A DNA stretch of 32,000 bases from Copranaerobaculum intestinale (GCF_009831105.1 NZ_WUUQ01000001.1:180001-212000), one strand, 5' to 3'. Positions 1 to 12,607 are shown, counted from the stretch's first letter. Made by a program: numbers and translations. Notes: generated by a model not told the origin, from the sequence alone.

Positions 1-234
1 ATCACACAGGATTCGGCATGCATTGTCCTGAAATTGAAGAATTCCTCCGGAAACGGCATAGTCCTGATATTCACCTTTGATCTTCAGCTGCAGCCGGCTG
101 GTCGCAAGCATCGCCACAATCGGCATATGATTGGGAAGCAGTGTGCGTTCGCCATCCACGGTTCTTACGTGAACCGCTTCTGCTTCAGTTTCAAGATATA
201 ATCCTACGGGCGTGATAATCTTTACCTGGATCAT
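1..234 (-). CDS. atpC: F1 ATP synthase epsilon subunit, N-terminal 78 codons (3' end beyond window edge)
   Basis: Not in the ORF track because it is truncated. Manual translation from ATG 234-232 gives MIQVKIITPVGLYLETEAEAVHVRTVDGERTLLPNHMPIVAML..., an epsilon-like N-terminus. It starts 1 nt after the atpD stop (TAG 238-236) and occupies the last position of the atp operon. Confidence 0.85.
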   Translation of the reverse strand, partial: MIQVKIITPVGLYLETEAEAVHVRTVDGERTLLPNHMPIVAMLATSRLQLKIKGEYQDYAVSGGILQFQDNACRILCD

Positions 235-235
235 A

Positions 236-2490
<2,255 letters not shown>

Positions 2491-2493
2491 GGT

Positions 2494-4020
2494 TTATCCT
2501 TCCAGCTGCGCAAATTCAACAGCGAACGCATCCAGCGCTTTTCTGATTTCCGAATCCAGGCTTTCATCGATTTTCTGTTTTTCTTCCAGCTGCTTCATAA
2601 TTTCCTGATGGTTCCGTTCGATATAAGCATGCATTTCCTGTTCATATTTAGAAATTTTAGCCACCGGAATAGATTTTAGATATTTATTCTTCGCTGCAAA
2701 TAAGGATAATACCTGCTGCGGCATGGTCAGCGGATCATATTGCTTCTGAACCAAAAGCTGAGTCAGTCGCTCTCCATGATCCAATGTGGCTTTGGTCGCC
2801 GCGTCCAGATCGCTTCCGAATTTTGCGAATGCCTGCATTTCCCGATACTGAGCCAGTTCCAGCTTTAATGAACCGGATACCTGTTTCATCGCTTTGGTCT
2901 GTGCCGCAGAACCTACGCGTGATACCGAAAGTCCGGAATCAACGGCTGGACGAACACCGCTGTTAAACAGCTCAGTCTGCAAGAATATCTGTCCGTCTGT
3001 AATTGAAATAACATTGGTTGGAATATAGGCAGAAATATCACCTGCCTGCGTTTCGATGATCGGCAGCGCAGTCAAGGAACCGGCTCCGTATTCATCGCTC
3101 ATTTTCGCCGCCCGCTCCAGCAGTCTGGAATGCAGATAGAAAACATCGCCCGGATATGCTTCACGTCCCGGCGGACGTTTCAACAGTAATGACATGGTTC
3201 GATAAGCGACCGCATGTTTACTTAAATCATCGTAAACAATCAGAACATCCTCACCGTTTTCCATCCATTCCTCTCCGATAGCACAGCCCGCATAAGGAGC
3301 GATGTATTGAAGCGGTGCCGGCTCACTGGCCGTACTGGAAACGATGGTAGTATAGCTCAATGCATCGTGGGTACGCAGCTTTTCGACAATCTGCGCAACC
3401 GTAGACGCCTTCTGTCCGATTGCAACATAAATGCATTTGATTCCGGAGTCCTTTTGATTGATGATCGTATCGATCGCAATCGCAGTCTTTCCGGTTTGAC
3501 GATCGCCGATGATCAATTCACGCTGACCACGGCCAATCGGTATCATAGAGTCAATGATTTTGAGTCCGGTCTGCACCGGCTGATGTACTGATTTACGCGT
3601 CATGACCCCTGGCGCTACACGCTCAATCGGACGGCGTTTATTCGTTGTAAACGGCACTCCGCCATCAATCGGCTGACCCAGAGCATTGACGACACGTCCT
3701 AAAAGCTCATCACCGACCGGAACCTCTACGATCCGTCCGGTGCGCTTAACCTCGTCACCCTCTTTGATTCCCGAATCTTCGCCCATGAGCACCGCTCCGA
3801 CATGATCCTCTTCCAGGTTCAGCACCATTCCGTATACATCATGCGGAAACAATAAAAGCTCACCGGCCATTGCGTTTTCCAAACCATGCACCAACGCGAT
3901 GCCGTCTCCGATCGTGATTACCGTACCGGTTTCTCCAACCTCCAGCTTTTCATCATAGTGCTTGATCTGCTCTTTAATAATTTTACTGATCTCTTCAGGT
4001 CTTAAACTCACAGCTTTCAC
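2494..4020 (-). CDS. atpA: F1 ATP synthase alpha subunit
   Basis: 508 aa with Walker A GDRQTGKT and alpha-type sequence throughout. Confidence 0.98.
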   Translation of the reverse strand: MKAVSLRPEEISKIIKEQIKHYDEKLEVGETGTVITIGDGIALVHGLENAMAGELLLFPHDVYGMVLNLEEDHVGAVLMGEDSGIKEGDEVKRTGRIVEVPVGDELLGRVVNALGQPIDGGVPFTTNKRRPIERVAPGVMTRKSVHQPVQTGLKIIDSMIPIGRGQRELIIGDRQTGKTAIAIDTIINQKDSGIKCIYVAIGQKASTVAQIVEKLRTHDALSYTTIVSSTASEPAPLQYIAPYAGCAIGEEWMENGEDVLIVYDDLSKHAVAYRTMSLLLKRPPGREAYPGDVFYLHSRLLERAAKMSDEYGAGSLTALPIIETQAGDISAYIPTNVISITDGQIFLQTELFNSGVRPAVDSGLSVSRVGSAAQTKAMKQVSGSLKLELAQYREMQAFAKFGSDLDAATKATLDHGERLTQLLVQKQYDPLTMPQQVLSLFAAKNKYLKSIPVAKISKYEQEMHAYIERNHQEIMKQLEEKQKIDESLDSEIRKALDAFAVEFAQLEG

Positions 4021-4025
4021 CTCAC

Positions 4026-4568
4026 TTACAGGACTGCGCTGTCAACCGTATTGCGCATCCGATACAGACGTGTCTTTGCGGTATTATCCAGCACTTCATC
4101 CTTGATTTTAATCCGGAGCCCAGCCAGCAGACTTTCATCTACGCGGATCACCAGTTCAATTTTCTTCTTTGTTTTCGTTTCCAGCATTTTGATCAGATCA
4201 GCACGTTCCTGCTCATCAAGCGCATGCGCTGTGGATACATGTGCCACAACGATACCAAATGCTTCATTGTACTGCGCGATAAATGCCTTGACAATATCAA
4301 AGATACCGCCAAATCGGTTCTTATCGATCAGCAGCTTCAGGAAATACAATATATGAAGCGTTACCTCATTTTCAAAAACCGTAGTGAGGATCGCTTTCTT
4401 GTCATCCTTCGTTACTTTGGGATGTGCCAGCACCGTCATCATTTCCGGATTGGCCTTCAGCGTATCGGCAACCTTCAAAAGATCCTGCTTATAGCTGTCC
4501 CAGTTTTTTTCTTCCGATGCGAGTTCAAACAGCGCATCGCTGTATCCGCCGGCTACTCGCTTGTCCAT
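4026..4568 (-). CDS. atpH: F1 ATP synthase delta (OSCP) subunit
   Basis: 180 aa. Its position between atpF and atpA fits, as do the OSCP-like N-terminus (YSDALFELA) and C-terminus ([14 protein letters not shown]). Confidence 0.9.
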   Translation of the reverse strand: MDKRVAGGYSDALFELASEEKNWDSYKQDLLKVADTLKANPEMMTVLAHPKVTKDDKKAILTTVFENEVTLHILYFLKLLIDKNRFGGIFDIVKAFIAQYNEAFGIVVAHVSTAHALDEQERADLIKMLETKTKKKIELVIRVDESLLAGLRIKIKDEVLDNTAKTRLYRMRNTVDSAVL

Positions 4569-5074
4569 GATGCTTCACCAGCGTTATCAATGAAGTCCTT
4601 GACATAATCCTTATGCTTGGCTTCATCCAGTTCTTTTCCGACGATCTTCTCAGCAGCCAGAAAAGCAACTTCCGTAATCTGATCTTTGATTTCTTCCTTT
4701 GCCTGCAGTTTTTCCCGTTCGATATCCTGCAATGCCTTTTCTTTGATTTTATCGGCTTCCGCCTTTGCCTGTTTTAAAGCAGCCTGTTTTTCATCCTTGG
4801 CATGTACTTTTGCCTTATCGATGATTTCCAGCGCTTCTCCTTTCGCACCAGCCAGCTGGGTTTCATATTCCACTCGCATGGCTTCTCCAGCGGCCTTTTC
4901 ATCCGCCGCGGCTTTTAGATCACCGGCTATGGCGTCTTCCCGACGTTTCAGATAATCAAGAACCTTACTCCAGAAGAATTTATATGCGATCAGCACGATT
5001 AGAAATGTCGAAATCAGTACCATAAGCATATCTGTCACATTTAAGCGCAGATAATTATCGATTGTAATTCCCAT
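4553..5074 (-). CDS. atpF: Fo ATP synthase b subunit
   Basis: 173 aa with a single N-terminal TM helix followed by a long charged Ala/Lys/Glu coiled coil. Operon position fits. Confidence 0.9.
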   Translation of the reverse strand: MGITIDNYLRLNVTDMLMVLISTFLIVLIAYKFFWSKVLDYLKRREDAIAGDLKAAADEKAAGEAMRVEYETQLAGAKGEALEIIDKAKVHAKDEKQAALKQAKAEADKIKEKALQDIEREKLQAKEEIKDQITEVAFLAAEKIVGKELDEAKHKDYVKDFIDNAGEASWTSE

Positions 5075-5111
5075 AGCTGATCACCTCCTAATTAACAGCA
5101 TTCGGCTTTGA

Positions 5112-5372
<261 letters not shown>

Positions 5373-5382
5373 TTAATTACGA

Positions 5383-6093
5383 TTACGCTTCTTCCTCAGA
5401 TGCTTTAGCTTCACTTAAGAAGAAGCTTGCAAGAGTAAAGAAGATATAGGTCTGAATCAGACCAGAAAATATATCAAAATAGAAATGCAGGAACGGCGTT
5501 ACGACATATCCTAAGATCGTAAACGGCCATACCGACTGTAAAAGGCTGTAAAACAAGCCCATGATGATCGTTCCGGCAAGCAGGTTGCCGAACAGACGTA
5601 ACGATAGGGAAATCGGCAGTGCACAATCACCAATGATATTCAGCGGAGCCAAGAATGGGAATGGATCCAGCCATTGTTTCAAACGATTTACAAGACCGTT
5701 TTCCTTTACATTGGTGAACTGAATCAGCAGAAACATCATCAATGCCAGCGTAACGTTGACACTTAAATTTGATGTTGGTGGCTGAAGTCCCAAGAGCCCC
5801 AAAAGGTTGCTGACGGCCATCATCATGATCAAAGTTCCAAAGAACGGGATATAATGACGAGTCGATTCTTTCAGGTTGTCACCGATGATCGACTTGCATA
5901 GGCCAACAATCATTTCTGCGATCAGCAAGATCCCTTTGGGCGCCTTGCGTTCATCAGCAGTCTCAAATTTTTTGCCGACGATGATGAAGAACAGGCACAG
6001 TACCAGACCGATCATCAGCCAGTTAATAATGGATGTGTGCAGCTGTATATCCATACCGCCGATATGAATCAGCAGTCCGTCAAAGTTTTCCAC
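5383..6093 (-). CDS. atpB: Fo ATP synthase a subunit
   Basis: 236 aa polytopic membrane protein with the conserved Arg motif LSLRLFGNLLAG. Confidence 0.95.
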   Translation of the reverse strand: MENFDGLLIHIGGMDIQLHTSIINWLMIGLVLCLFFIIVGKKFETADERKAPKGILLIAEMIVGLCKSIIGDNLKESTRHYIPFFGTLIMMMAVSNLLGLLGLQPPTSNLSVNVTLALMMFLLIQFTNVKENGLVNRLKQWLDPFPFLAPLNIIGDCALPISLSLRLFGNLLAGTIIMGLFYSLLQSVWPFTILGYVVTPFLHFYFDIFSGLIQTYIFFTLASFFLSEAKASEEEA

Positions 6094-6096
6094 TAT

Positions 6097-6468
6097 CTAA
6101 CCTCCTTCCTTATACCTTGCGGTATCAATCAGAATTGCAAGTTTGTTGCAGAGATAACCGGCCAGCAGCGCAATCGGATGAATGCCCCGCCATACGGCCA
6201 AAGCGAAAATTACGGTATACATGAGATAACGGCGCATATAGCGAGTATATGCGAAGCGCGAGGCATCCTGAAGCTCGCCGCTTACCTTCTCACTCATACG
6301 GATGATACTATTGAAGCCTAATATTCCGGCACAGCCGCCGATAACGACACCGGCACTGACGGTAACGCCGGATTTTCCAAAGATTAGTATGGAACAAAGG
6401 GCAGCGATTATCACCAGAATCACATTCAGCCGACGGATTCTTTGATATTCCTGCTGTTCTTCATTCAT
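6097..6468 (-). CDS. atpI: ATP synthase protein I (AtpI-like small membrane protein)
   Basis: 123 aa, 3-4 TM helices, immediately upstream of atpB. 4-nt overlap with the preceding gene. Confidence 0.7.
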   Translation of the reverse strand: MNEEQQEYQRIRRLNVILVIIAALCSILIFGKSGVTVSAGVVIGGCAGILGFNSIIRMSEKVSGELQDASRFAYTRYMRRYLMYTVIFALAVWRGIHPIALLAGYLCNKLAILIDTARYKEGG

Positions 6469-6653
6469 GACTCATCACCCGTATCTTTCAATAATTGATA
6501 AAAGCTTCCGCCGATCGCATATGCTAACAGCGCCAGCATAATGATCGGGGTTGTATGTAACACTTCATCCAGCCAATGTCCGATGAACACCGCCAGTATG
6601 GATGAGATCGCCATCATCCCGATGAAACGCATTGCCCGGTGATAATCATGCAT
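6465..6653 (-). CDS. AtpZ/AtpI-family small membrane protein
   Basis: 62 aa with two TM helices. It is the first small gene of the atp cluster, and its ATG overlaps the upp stop by 1 nt (TAATG). Confidence 0.6.
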   Translation of the reverse strand: MHDYHRAMRFIGMMAISSILAVFIGHWLDEVLHTTPIIMLALLAYAIGGSFYQLLKDTGDES

Positions 6654-7273
6654 TACTTCGTTCCGAAAATACGGTCTCCGGCATCACCAAGGCCAGGTAT
6701 AATGTAGCCTTTTTCATTCAGCTTTTCGTCAAGCGCTGCCAAGTAGATATCAATTTCCGGATGCTGCTTTTCAACAGCCGCCACACCTTCCGGGGCACCG
6801 ACCAAGCACACCAGTCGGATATCCTTGGCTCCCTGACGCTTTACCATATCAATGGCAGCATTGGCGCTTCCTCCGGTTGCCAGCATAGGATCGACAATGA
6901 TCACGGTAGCCTCCGGCATCTGTTTTGGATACTTCTCAAAATACGGATGCGGCTCCAGCGTTTCCTCATCGCGGTACAAACCGATATGAGCGACCTTTAC
7001 CGTCGGAACCAAATTGCAGATTCCACTGACCATGCCAAGTCCGGCACGCAGAATCGGAACCAAAATAACTTCTTTTTTCAGTTCAAATGTTTCACAGGTC
7101 GCAACCGGGGTTTCTATCGTAACCGGCTGCACTGGAAGATTGCGGGTAATTTCATATACCATCAAACCACCGATCTCATCCAGATTCTGACGAAAATCTT
7201 TCGTTCCTGTTTCTTTTTTACGCATCTGCGTCAGCTTATGCGTAATTAATGGATGCTTTAAAACATGCAGCAT
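6653..7273 (-). CDS. upp: Uracil phosphoribosyltransferase
   Basis: 206 aa. The sequence [18 protein letters not shown]..., the PRPP-binding motif [13 protein letters not shown] and the C-terminal [17 protein letters not shown] are diagnostic of Upp. Confidence 0.97.
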   Translation of the reverse strand: MLHVLKHPLITHKLTQMRKKETGTKDFRQNLDEIGGLMVYEITRNLPVQPVTIETPVATCETFELKKEVILVPILRAGLGMVSGICNLVPTVKVAHIGLYRDEETLEPHPYFEKYPKQMPEATVIIVDPMLATGGSANAAIDMVKRQGAKDIRLVCLVGAPEGVAAVEKQHPEIDIYLAALDEKLNEKGYIIPGLGDAGDRIFGTK

Positions 7274-7312
7274 GACTTCATCTCCTTCTGTACTTATTTA
7301 CATACTGCTTTC

Positions 7313-7341
7313 ATTATAACAAACCAGTTTTTAAAATACAA
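7313..7341 (-). promoter_or_regulatory. Candidate sigma-A promoter for upp-atp (TTGTAT-17 nt-TGtTATAAT)
   Basis: Read on the minus strand: -35 TTGTAT (7341-7336), a 17-nt spacer, and an extended -10 TGTTATAAT (7321-7313). It lies about 40 nt upstream of the upp ATG. Confidence 0.45.
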
Positions 7342-7394
7342 AATGTTTATGACGGTTTGCCGCATGGATTGATAAATTTTTCAAATGAGCATTT

Positions 7395-7416
7395 GAAAAG
7401 CCACAAAGTGGCTTTC
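7395..7416 (-). terminator. Rho-independent terminator downstream of the PRD regulator
   Basis: Stem AAAGCCAC / GTGGCTTT (7397-7404 / 7408-7415) with a 3-nt loop. On the minus strand it is followed by TTTTCAAAT. Confidence 0.6.
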
Positions 7417-7426
7417 TATATAATTA

Positions 7427-9403
7427 TTAGAGTGATTTCAGGGAGTCTTCCAGACATACCATAAAATTCTCATACGTTGGTACTTCCAGCACACTTAGCA
7501 TTGCTTTATTGTCATTCAGAAACTTCGCAAACGGTTCCTGAAACAGCAGAATGTCCTCTTTTTCTTCGCTGCCGATACTCAGCATGATGAAGCATTGTAC
7601 CGATTCACGGAACCAGATCATCGGTTTATCCAGAAAGAATACTGCTGCGAAGGATCTGTCCTGAAAGTTCTCCGAGGTTTTGAAGAATGCAATATTATTG
7701 CTGTTCTCTAACGGCGTCATGCGATCGCGCATTCGAATATCCGCTTCCAGCTGTTCCATTCCCGATAGCTTTTGGGCGATGCACTGCGACAACTCATGAA
7801 TGATCTCGTTTTTGGTGCCGCTGATCGATAGTTGAAAGAACAGATCCTTGCGAAAGATCGCGCGATAGCGTTCCAGCATGTACGGCTTATTCTGATAAAT
7901 ATAGCGTACCTTCTGATAATCGCTCTCCTGTAGATAAAAATCAAAGTGAATCAGTTTCGTATGCGGCAAATGAAACCCGGAAAACGGAAGATCGGTCAGG
8001 ATATAGTCATAGGTATGATCCTCGATCAGTTCCTGCTGATATTCCTCAAAGGTATCAATACTGCGGGCAAAGCGCGGAAACTGCTTAAACACCGTTTCGG
8101 CAATCGCCAGAGCGACATCACGTCCAACCGTTGCAATGACTGCGATTCGATTGTCTCTGCTGTAAGTCTTGTCAATTCGCGATAGTGCAGCCATAAACAG
8201 GTAAGCCATGTACATCACTTCGCAGCGATTGATTGGAAAACCAGTATAATTTTGGATATAGTCACAGCACAGAACCGCGTATTCCACCGCAATCGGACAT
8301 TTCTTGTTGACCAGATCACCGGAGATATAGTCAATAATTAAATTATACTCAAAACGAACTTTCATAGAAACAAAATGGAAGTCGAGCTGTTCCTTTAAAT
8401 GTTGATCATACAGCAGCTCCTGTGTGCCGGTTTTTTCATAGATGTAATGAAGCGCCTCATCAATCAGCATCATACCTTCATCAAGGCGCTTCTTTACGTG
8501 TACTTCCTGATACGAGAGGATGTTTCTAAAGCCAAGCATAATGATCGCTATGAAGGTGATATCTTCCGGATGTACTTCAAAATGAAGTTTTTTGGACAGT
8601 ATTTCCAGAATTTCTTTTGCTGCCCCGTAAGAGAAGGTATGGAAGGTTTTAAAACTTTCCTCACCGGTAAATGATACCACCTGTGCATAGCGGCGGCGGC
8701 TCAGCATAAGGATGATCGCAAGAATGACTTTTTTGGATCCCTGATGTGAAATAATATAATTGTGTTCACGCTTCAGGTAATTCATCATCGTTTCACGAAT
8801 GATCTTATAGGATGCTTCATCGATCCAAAAGAGATCATGATATTCCTTAACCTCATAAATCGTTCCCCGCATTGCCTGATAATACATATATTCATTAATT
8901 AAACAGATTCGTTTGTTTCGTTCCTTGCCGGTAACGATAAGGCCGTGATTTGGTGTCTGTTCCAGAAGCAGATCATAGTCTACAAAAATCTGGCGGATGG
9001 TTTTTAAAGTTGAGGTAATAATGGTTCGGCTTGAATAGATTTCATCGCACAGATCACTGATTTTGATATGCTCATTGGCCGACAGCAGCCGCTGCATCAG
9101 ATAATGCATGCGGTAATCGTTATTAGTATACGGATAAATACTCTGATAGGCGTTATGAAAATCAGCGATAAATCGTTTGAATTTATCGCTGTCTTCCCGG
9201 TGCAGATAAAAGCCGATACCGCTCTTCGCTTCAATATCGATACCATAGTCCCGATACAGAAACGTTGTCATGTGTTCGATATCCTTTCGGATCGTTTTAC
9301 CGGCTGCACCTACCAGGACAGAGAGCTGATCGGAATTGATAAATTCATCATTTTCGATCAGCTGCGTGAGGATGGCATACTGTCTTGTTGTAAGTCGTTT
9401 CAT
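7427..9403 (-). CDS. PRD-domain transcriptional activator of the MtlR/LicR/ManR (BglG-family) type: HTH-HTH(Mga-like)-PRD-PRD-EIIB-like-EIIA-like
   Basis: About 658 aa. The N-terminal DeoR-like HTH (RQYAILTQLIENDEFINSDQLSVLVGAAGKTIRKDI) is followed by a second Mga-type HTH (ISDLCDEIYSSRTIITSTLKTIRQIF...GLIVTGKERNKR), then helical PRD-like repeats and a C-terminal PTS-EII-like region. The track start at 9412 is GTG; ATG 9403 (MKRLTT) fits the AAAGG RBS better. Confidence 0.75.
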   Translation of the reverse strand: MKRLTTRQYAILTQLIENDEFINSDQLSVLVGAAGKTIRKDIEHMTTFLYRDYGIDIEAKSGIGFYLHREDSDKFKRFIADFHNAYQSIYPYTNNDYRMHYLMQRLLSANEHIKISDLCDEIYSSRTIITSTLKTIRQIFVDYDLLLEQTPNHGLIVTGKERNKRICLINEYMYYQAMRGTIYEVKEYHDLFWIDEASYKIIRETMMNYLKREHNYIISHQGSKKVILAIILMLSRRRYAQVVSFTGEESFKTFHTFSYGAAKEILEILSKKLHFEVHPEDITFIAIIMLGFRNILSYQEVHVKKRLDEGMMLIDEALHYIYEKTGTQELLYDQHLKEQLDFHFVSMKVRFEYNLIIDYISGDLVNKKCPIAVEYAVLCCDYIQNYTGFPINRCEVMYMAYLFMAALSRIDKTYSRDNRIAVIATVGRDVALAIAETVFKQFPRFARSIDTFEEYQQELIEDHTYDYILTDLPFSGFHLPHTKLIHFDFYLQESDYQKVRYIYQNKPYMLERYRAIFRKDLFFQLSISGTKNEIIHELSQCIAQKLSGMEQLEADIRMRDRMTPLENSNNIAFFKTSENFQDRSFAAVFFLDKPMIWFRESVQCFIMLSIGSEEKEDILLFQEPFAKFLNDNKAMLSVLEVPTYENFMVCLEDSLKSL

Positions 9404-9424
9404 GCATATCACAACCTTTTATTC

Positions 9425-9453
9425 ATTCTAAACTATCCTATTTCAATAGTAAA
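9425..9453 (-). promoter_or_regulatory. Possible own promoter of the regulator (TTTACT-17-TAGAAT)
   Basis: Minus strand: -35 TTTACT (9453-9448), 17-nt spacer, -10 TAGAAT (9430-9425), inside the 43-nt gap after the beta-subunit stop. The region is AT-rich, so a chance match is plausible. Confidence 0.3.
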
Positions 9454-9455
9454 TA

Positions 9456-10610
9456 TTAACCGAAGAACATCAGCAGTGCTCCGGCCGCAACCGCCGATCC
9501 GATAACACCGGCAACGTTTGGCCCCATTGCGTGCATCAGCAGGAAGTTGCTCGGATTGTATTTCTGTCCTTCTTTCTGAACGACACGGGCAGCCATCGGT
9601 ACGGCAGATACACCGGCAGCACCGATCAGCGGATTGATCTTGCCATGGGTTAGCTTGCACATAACCTTGCCTAACAATACACCGGCAGCCGTTCCGATAG
9701 AAAATGCAAGCAGACCCAAAATGATGATAGAAATCGTCTGCGTATTCAGAAAGTGAATGGCATCGGCTTTCGCGCCAACGGTAATGCCCAATAAAATAGA
9801 TACGATATACATCAGCGATTTGGTCACTGTTTCAACCAAATTCGGAACAACACCAGATTCCTTGATCAGATTGCCCAGCATCAGCATACCGATTAATGCG
9901 GCGGCCGATGGTAATAAAAGAATAACCAGTAAAGTTGTTGCGATCGGGAAAATGATGCGCTCCGTCTTAGAAACTTGACGCAGCTGAACCATTTTGATCT
10001 CTCGCTCTTTTTTCGTTGTCAGCAGTTTCATGATCGGCGGCTGGATAATCGGCACCAGCGCCATATAAGAGTAAGCGGCAATCGCGATCGGACCCAGCAG
10101 ATCCGATGCCAAACGAGAGGTCAGGTACAATGCAGTAGGACCATCTGCTCCACCGATAATACCGATAGAAGCTGCCTGCGGACCGGTAAAGCCTAACAGG
10201 ATCGCTCCGACAAAGGTGAAGAAGATACCAAACTGTGCCGCCGCACCGAGCAATAAGCTGCGGGGATTGGCAATCAGCGGTCCAAAGTCCGTTGATGCGC
10301 CGATACACAGGAATATCAACGGCGGATAAATACCTAGATCCGTTCCGATATATAAAAGCTTCAATAATCCTCCCTCTTCCATTAAGCCGGCCATCGGAAG
10401 ATTTACTAACAGCATTCCGAATGCGATCGGAATCAACAAATATGGTTCATAGCCCTTCCAAATAGCCAGATACAGAAACAGACAGGCAATACAAATCATA
10501 ATGAGATAGCCCGGTAATTGCAGCTCTAAACCAAACAGGTTCAGATCGAACATATCGAAGATATGATAGAAACCGGTACTCTCCCAGAAACTAGATAAGA
10601 TTTCTAACAT
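9456..10610 (-). CDS. Na+-translocating decarboxylase beta subunit (OadB/MmdB/GcdB family integral membrane protein)
   Basis: 384 aa polytopic protein. Family-typical stretches include [41 protein letters not shown] and [23 protein letters not shown]. Confidence 0.93.
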   Translation of the reverse strand: MLEILSSFWESTGFYHIFDMFDLNLFGLELQLPGYLIMICIACLFLYLAIWKGYEPYLLIPIAFGMLLVNLPMAGLMEEGGLLKLLYIGTDLGIYPPLIFLCIGASTDFGPLIANPRSLLLGAAAQFGIFFTFVGAILLGFTGPQAASIGIIGGADGPTALYLTSRLASDLLGPIAIAAYSYMALVPIIQPPIMKLLTTKKEREIKMVQLRQVSKTERIIFPIATTLLVILLLPSAAALIGMLMLGNLIKESGVVPNLVETVTKSLMYIVSILLGITVGAKADAIHFLNTQTISIIILGLLAFSIGTAAGVLLGKVMCKLTHGKINPLIGAAGVSAVPMAARVVQKEGQKYNPSNFLLMHAMGPNVAGVIGSAVAAGALLMFFG

Positions 10611-10626
10611 GGTTTACCTCCTTTCC

Positions 10627-10995
10627 CTATTCCAGGGTAATTAGCAGGTCACCATTTGCCACTGTGTCACCTTTGTTTACATGAACACCTTTTACCGTGG
10701 CATCAACCGGGGCAACAATTTCATTTTCCATTTTCATTGCCTCAAGAATGCACAGCGTATCGCCGGCTTTTACCGAATCCCCAGCTTTCACATCAACGGA
10801 CAGGATCGTTCCCGGCATCGGTGCATTGACCGCTCCCGCTTGCCCGCTTGGCTTCGGTGCGGCTGATTTTGCCTTTGGGGCAGCTTTCGGGGCTGCCGCA
10901 GCAGCTGGGGCAGCGCTGCTTTCAACACCGCCCAGCTCCTCTACTTCTACTTCATATAAAGAGCCATTTACTGTAATGTTGTATTTTTTAATCAT
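10627..10995 (-). CDS. Biotin carboxyl carrier subunit (biotinyl domain with Ala/Pro linker)
   Basis: Contains the biotinylation motif CILEAMKMENEI and the Ala/Pro-rich linker AAPAAAAAPKAAPKAKSAAPKP. I moved the start to ATG 10995 (MIKKYNITVNG), which follows a GGAG RBS. The track start at 11049 would overlap the preceding gene. Confidence 0.9.
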   Translation of the reverse strand: MIKKYNITVNGSLYEVEVEELGGVESSAAPAAAAAPKAAPKAKSAAPKPSGQAGAVNAPMPGTILSVDVKAGDSVKAGDTLCILEAMKMENEIVAPVDATVKGVHVNKGDTVANGDLLITLE

Positions 10996-11012
10996 TGTTT
11001 TCGTTTCTCCTT

Positions 11013-11351
11013 CTATCTCATTAAATCCCGTAATGCGGCTTGTTCCCATGGTGATTTTGCGCGGTCTGCGCGGCGGGCGCTGCGGACGATGAAGCTGTCC
11101 AAAGATTTCCCACTAGTTGCCGCTACCGCAGCAGCCAGCACCGCGATCAATTCCGTATCATCTGTATCCGGTACGCTTGCTTCAGCCGGTACCGCGGAAA
11201 CAGGTTCCGCGGCCGGTTTTTTCTTTCGATTTACCATCATGGCTACCAGATCGATAAAATAAGAGATGATGATCAGTGCTGAAAATACCAGAAGCATACT
11301 GAATATGGTAATGGTGAACGCATCACCCATGGATATTTGATTACCGTACAT
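11013..11351 (-). CDS. OadG-family small subunit (gamma/delta-type anchor of Na+ decarboxylases)
   Basis: 112 aa with one N-terminal TM helix (AFTITIFSMLLVFSALIIISYFI), a Pro/Ala linker, and the ELIAVLAAAVAA motif typical of OadG/MmdD-like proteins. Confidence 0.75.
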   Translation of the reverse strand: MYGNQISMGDAFTITIFSMLLVFSALIIISYFIDLVAMMVNRKKKPAAEPVSAVPAEASVPDTDDTELIAVLAAAVAATSGKSLDSFIVRSARRADRAKSPWEQAALRDLMR

Positions 11352-11368
11352 TTGTTACCTCCTTCGTA

Positions 11369-12607
11369 TTAGATGAACCAACCATAGACTCCGATCAAGC
11401 CAAGTGCAAATGCTACAGCGAGCGATACACCGGCACAGATCAGCTGCTGGCCAAATAATTTATTTTTATCGGTTTCCGCATTGGCTGAGGATAAGCCAAG
11501 TGCACCGATGGTGGATAATGGAGAAATGGTAACAACGTGCGCACCGATGATAACACCGCTCGCCAGAATCAGCGGAGCCATACCGCCAAGACCGGAGGCG
11601 ATATTGGTAACGGTCGGAATCAGAGTCGGCATAACGACGCCGGATGCACTGGATACTGCTGAAAGCAAACCGGCCATAACTGCCATAACGGAACCGGCTG
11701 TCTGCTCACTCATAATGTTAGACAACAAATCAGATAACAGAGTAATGCCGCCGGCTGTGTCAATTACCTTGATCAGTACGGTAACGCCGCCGACCAACAG
11801 CAGTGTTCCCCAAGGAATGCCCGCGATAACCGGCTTCTGATCAGCAGCCTTGCACAGCAGCAGAACGCCGCCGCCCAGCATTGCACATAAACCGATATCG
11901 TATTTTAAGAACATCGCCGCGATGATAACACAGACGATGACAAACAACGTAAGATACTGCTTAGTATTCAGCGCTTCAATTTTCTCTTCATCAGAGGTAC
12001 CCATATTTTTGATACCCCATCCTTTGAAAATCGTAAACAGAACTAAGAACTGTGCAACGGCAACCGTTGCCATGGTCAAAATAACCGGCAGATAATTGGT
12101 CATGCCCGCTTCTGCGCATAGGTTGTTCGCAATAATACCAGATGGTCCAAACGGTGTCATACCACCGGCCAGACCTCCGGTTGTAACGGAAATAATCATA
12201 AGGATATCAGAGATACCCTGACGTTTACCAACACTTGTGGCAATCGGGAAGATCAATGCCGGAGCAACGATCGGTCCTGCACCAACTGCAGATAATACAC
12301 CGGTAATGATAAAGAAGATAAACGGCAGCAGCTTGCTTTTTCCCTTAGCCAGCTGAACGATTTTTAAAGCAATCGTTTCCAGCGTACCGTTGACCTTTGC
12401 GATACTGAACAAAAACGTCATCGCTAACAGTGTAACGAAGGTTGATGTAGGGAAACCTCCCACGATTTCCTTTGCATTTAAACCTACAATAAATTGTCCC
12501 ATAATGAAGGCCATGCCAATACCGAGAATACCGGTATTGACATTAAAGAAATAACCAATGGCAATCGTAGCGACAAGGGAAAGTAGGGTTATGAGTGCTA
12601 TATTCAT
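11369..12607 (-). CDS. Ion-transporter-superfamily permease (CitMHS/ArsB/NhaD-like); putative organic-anion importer
   Basis: 412 aa with about 11-12 TM helices. It has two hairpin-like Gly/Ser/Thr-rich segments (TTGGLAGGMTPFGPSGIIANN and IGAHVVTISPLSTIGALG). The subfamily cannot be fixed by eye. Confidence 0.65.
   Translation of the reverse strand: MNIALITLLSLVATIAIGYFFNVNTGILGIGMAFIMGQFIVGLNAKEIVGGFPTSTFVTLLAMTFLFSIAKVNGTLETIALKIVQLAKGKSKLLPFIFFIITGVLSAVGAGPIVAPALIFPIATSVGKRQGISDILMIISVTTGGLAGGMTPFGPSGIIANNLCAEAGMTNYLPVILTMATVAVAQFLVLFTIFKGWGIKNMGTSDEEKIEALNTKQYLTLFVIVCVIIAAMFLKYDIGLCAMLGGGVLLLCKAADQKPVIAGIPWGTLLLVGGVTVLIKVIDTAGGITLLSDLLSNIMSEQTAGSVMAVMAGLLSAVSSASGVVMPTLIPTVTNIASGLGGMAPLILASGVIIGAHVVTISPLSTIGALGLSSANAETDKNKLFGQQLICAGVSLAVAFALGLIGVYGWFI

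Noticed and set aside
6632-7249. 205-aa plus-strand ORF antisense to upp. Similar long antisense ORFs occur at 16198-16719 (vs birA), 27827-28348 (vs noc), 30257-30814 (vs sipW), 9068-9505, 4224-4607 and 10697-11092.
   Set aside because: Each lies entirely within a confidently identified gene on the opposite strand. They have low-complexity or Arg/Cys/His-rich composition, no RBS and no recognisable family. These are shadow ORFs.
10840-10920. Ala/Pro-rich repetitive stretch (AAPAAAAAPKAAPKAKSAAPKP) as a tandem repeat feature.
   Set aside because: This is the normal flexible linker of biotin carrier subunits in Na+ decarboxylases, not an independent DNA repeat element.
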